The notes below the pieces were generated by a model. The model did not search any database. It worked only from the letters and a program-made list of their open reading frames with translations, and had not been told where the DNA came from. A DNA stretch of 64,000 bases from Malacoraja senta (lineage: Eukaryota): assembly GCA_038087875.1 (NCBI GenBank), contig CM075988.1, forward strand, positions 6,510,001-6,574,000, written 5' to 3'. A program made the position numbers and the translations under genes. Shown here in pieces: positions 63,051-64,000 of this stretch (position 1 is its first letter; every line of letters begins with the position of its first letter).

Positions 63051-64000
63051 TGAAATGTGCAATTGTTTCTCTTGTTTCTACTTGGAGCAAAGCAAACTAC
63101 ATAGATATAATGGATGAATTGACTAACAGTTGGGAAGGTAATTTTTGTTTAAAGCTTGCGAATAAACATATCAAGTTGCATTTTTTGAAGAGTATAAAGC
63201 TAACATTGCATTGGACGAACAATCTAATTTAAAAAGGGGTTAGAAAGAATAGTTAATGAGGGTATTAATGAAAAGCTTTGTGCATTGCTAGAAAAAAAAC
63301 GTAGTCTTAGGATTGAGTTAATTTTCAGGTGTAGCAAAAGTTGATCAAGAAATCAAAAGAAATAAAATTGAATCATGTGCAAGAAATATAAAAATGGATT
63401 AAAAGTTGATGTAGTTACTAAAAATAGCTTGGTAAATGCAAACATTGTCTCTGATGGGCAGAGACAGGAGGAACTTTCCAGGGAATAAAGGAATGGCAGA
63501 GGCAGCACAAAAAAAAATCCTGTACCTTTCACAAGCAGAATTGGAATTACTGTTTTATGTTTTCAACCAGTGCTTCCTGACCCGATGAGTTTTTCTAATT
63601 TATTTTATTTGATTTTTGTCAACTGAGAAATTAGTAGTGGTAAAAATGAGGCAGTGGAGAAATTAGGTTTGATCGCTCTCAGCATTTACATTAGAGCTTA
63701 AAAAGAGAGAGCCATAAAGACAGGTATATTATTGTGTATGTTCCAGGCTTTCCATATTTTAAAATGGGTTTGGAGGTTGAATTGCAACATAACTGATTCC
63801 ACTATCAGAGAAAAGAGGGAGAGAGAAAATGGGAAATTACAGCTTGGGTAACCTTGTGTCACTGGTAGGGAAAATGGTGGATTATTAGGGCCATAGAATT
63901 TTGAAGGAAATTAAGGAATACTGAGGAAGTACTAGTAAATATCAAGGTAAAAGATCATCCATAGATGTATTGAATGGTGAAGCGAGTGTGTGAGGGGCCA

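Overview
Eukaryotic genomic DNA, AT-rich and repeat-dense. The repeat set (V-type tRNA SINEs with CR1-like tails, Deu-type SINEs, CR1, Penelope-like remnants) points to a cartilaginous fish, probably a skate or ray; this is an inference. The window holds the 5' half of the Hedgehog co-receptor gene CDON on the + strand. There is a CpG-island promoter and probable non-coding exon 1 at about 19.8-20.3 kb, a ~28 kb first intron, and seven phase-1 coding exons (48471-60191) encoding a signal peptide and Ig1-Ig5; the FnIII/TM exons lie beyond the window. Most notable find: a 136-bp non-coding retroposed element (3991-4126, - strand). It starts exactly at G1 of a complete minimal HDV-like double-pseudoknot ribozyme, ends in an (AAG)n tail, has a 12-13 bp TSD, and is nested in a Penelope-derived remnant that carries a minimal hammerhead-like motif. 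Other findings: many hammerhead-motif Penelope fragments (one a perfect 75-bp palindrome with a 15-bp TSD); an 18-nt duplication that doubles the CDON Ig3 exon acceptor in frame; a 1042-bp TIR element with a 7-bp TSD; a Harbinger-type MITE; and a CR1 LINE with nested insertions. Most ORFs in the supplied track are spurious. There are no prokaryotic features. Family names and comparisons with human CDON come from recall, not from database searches.
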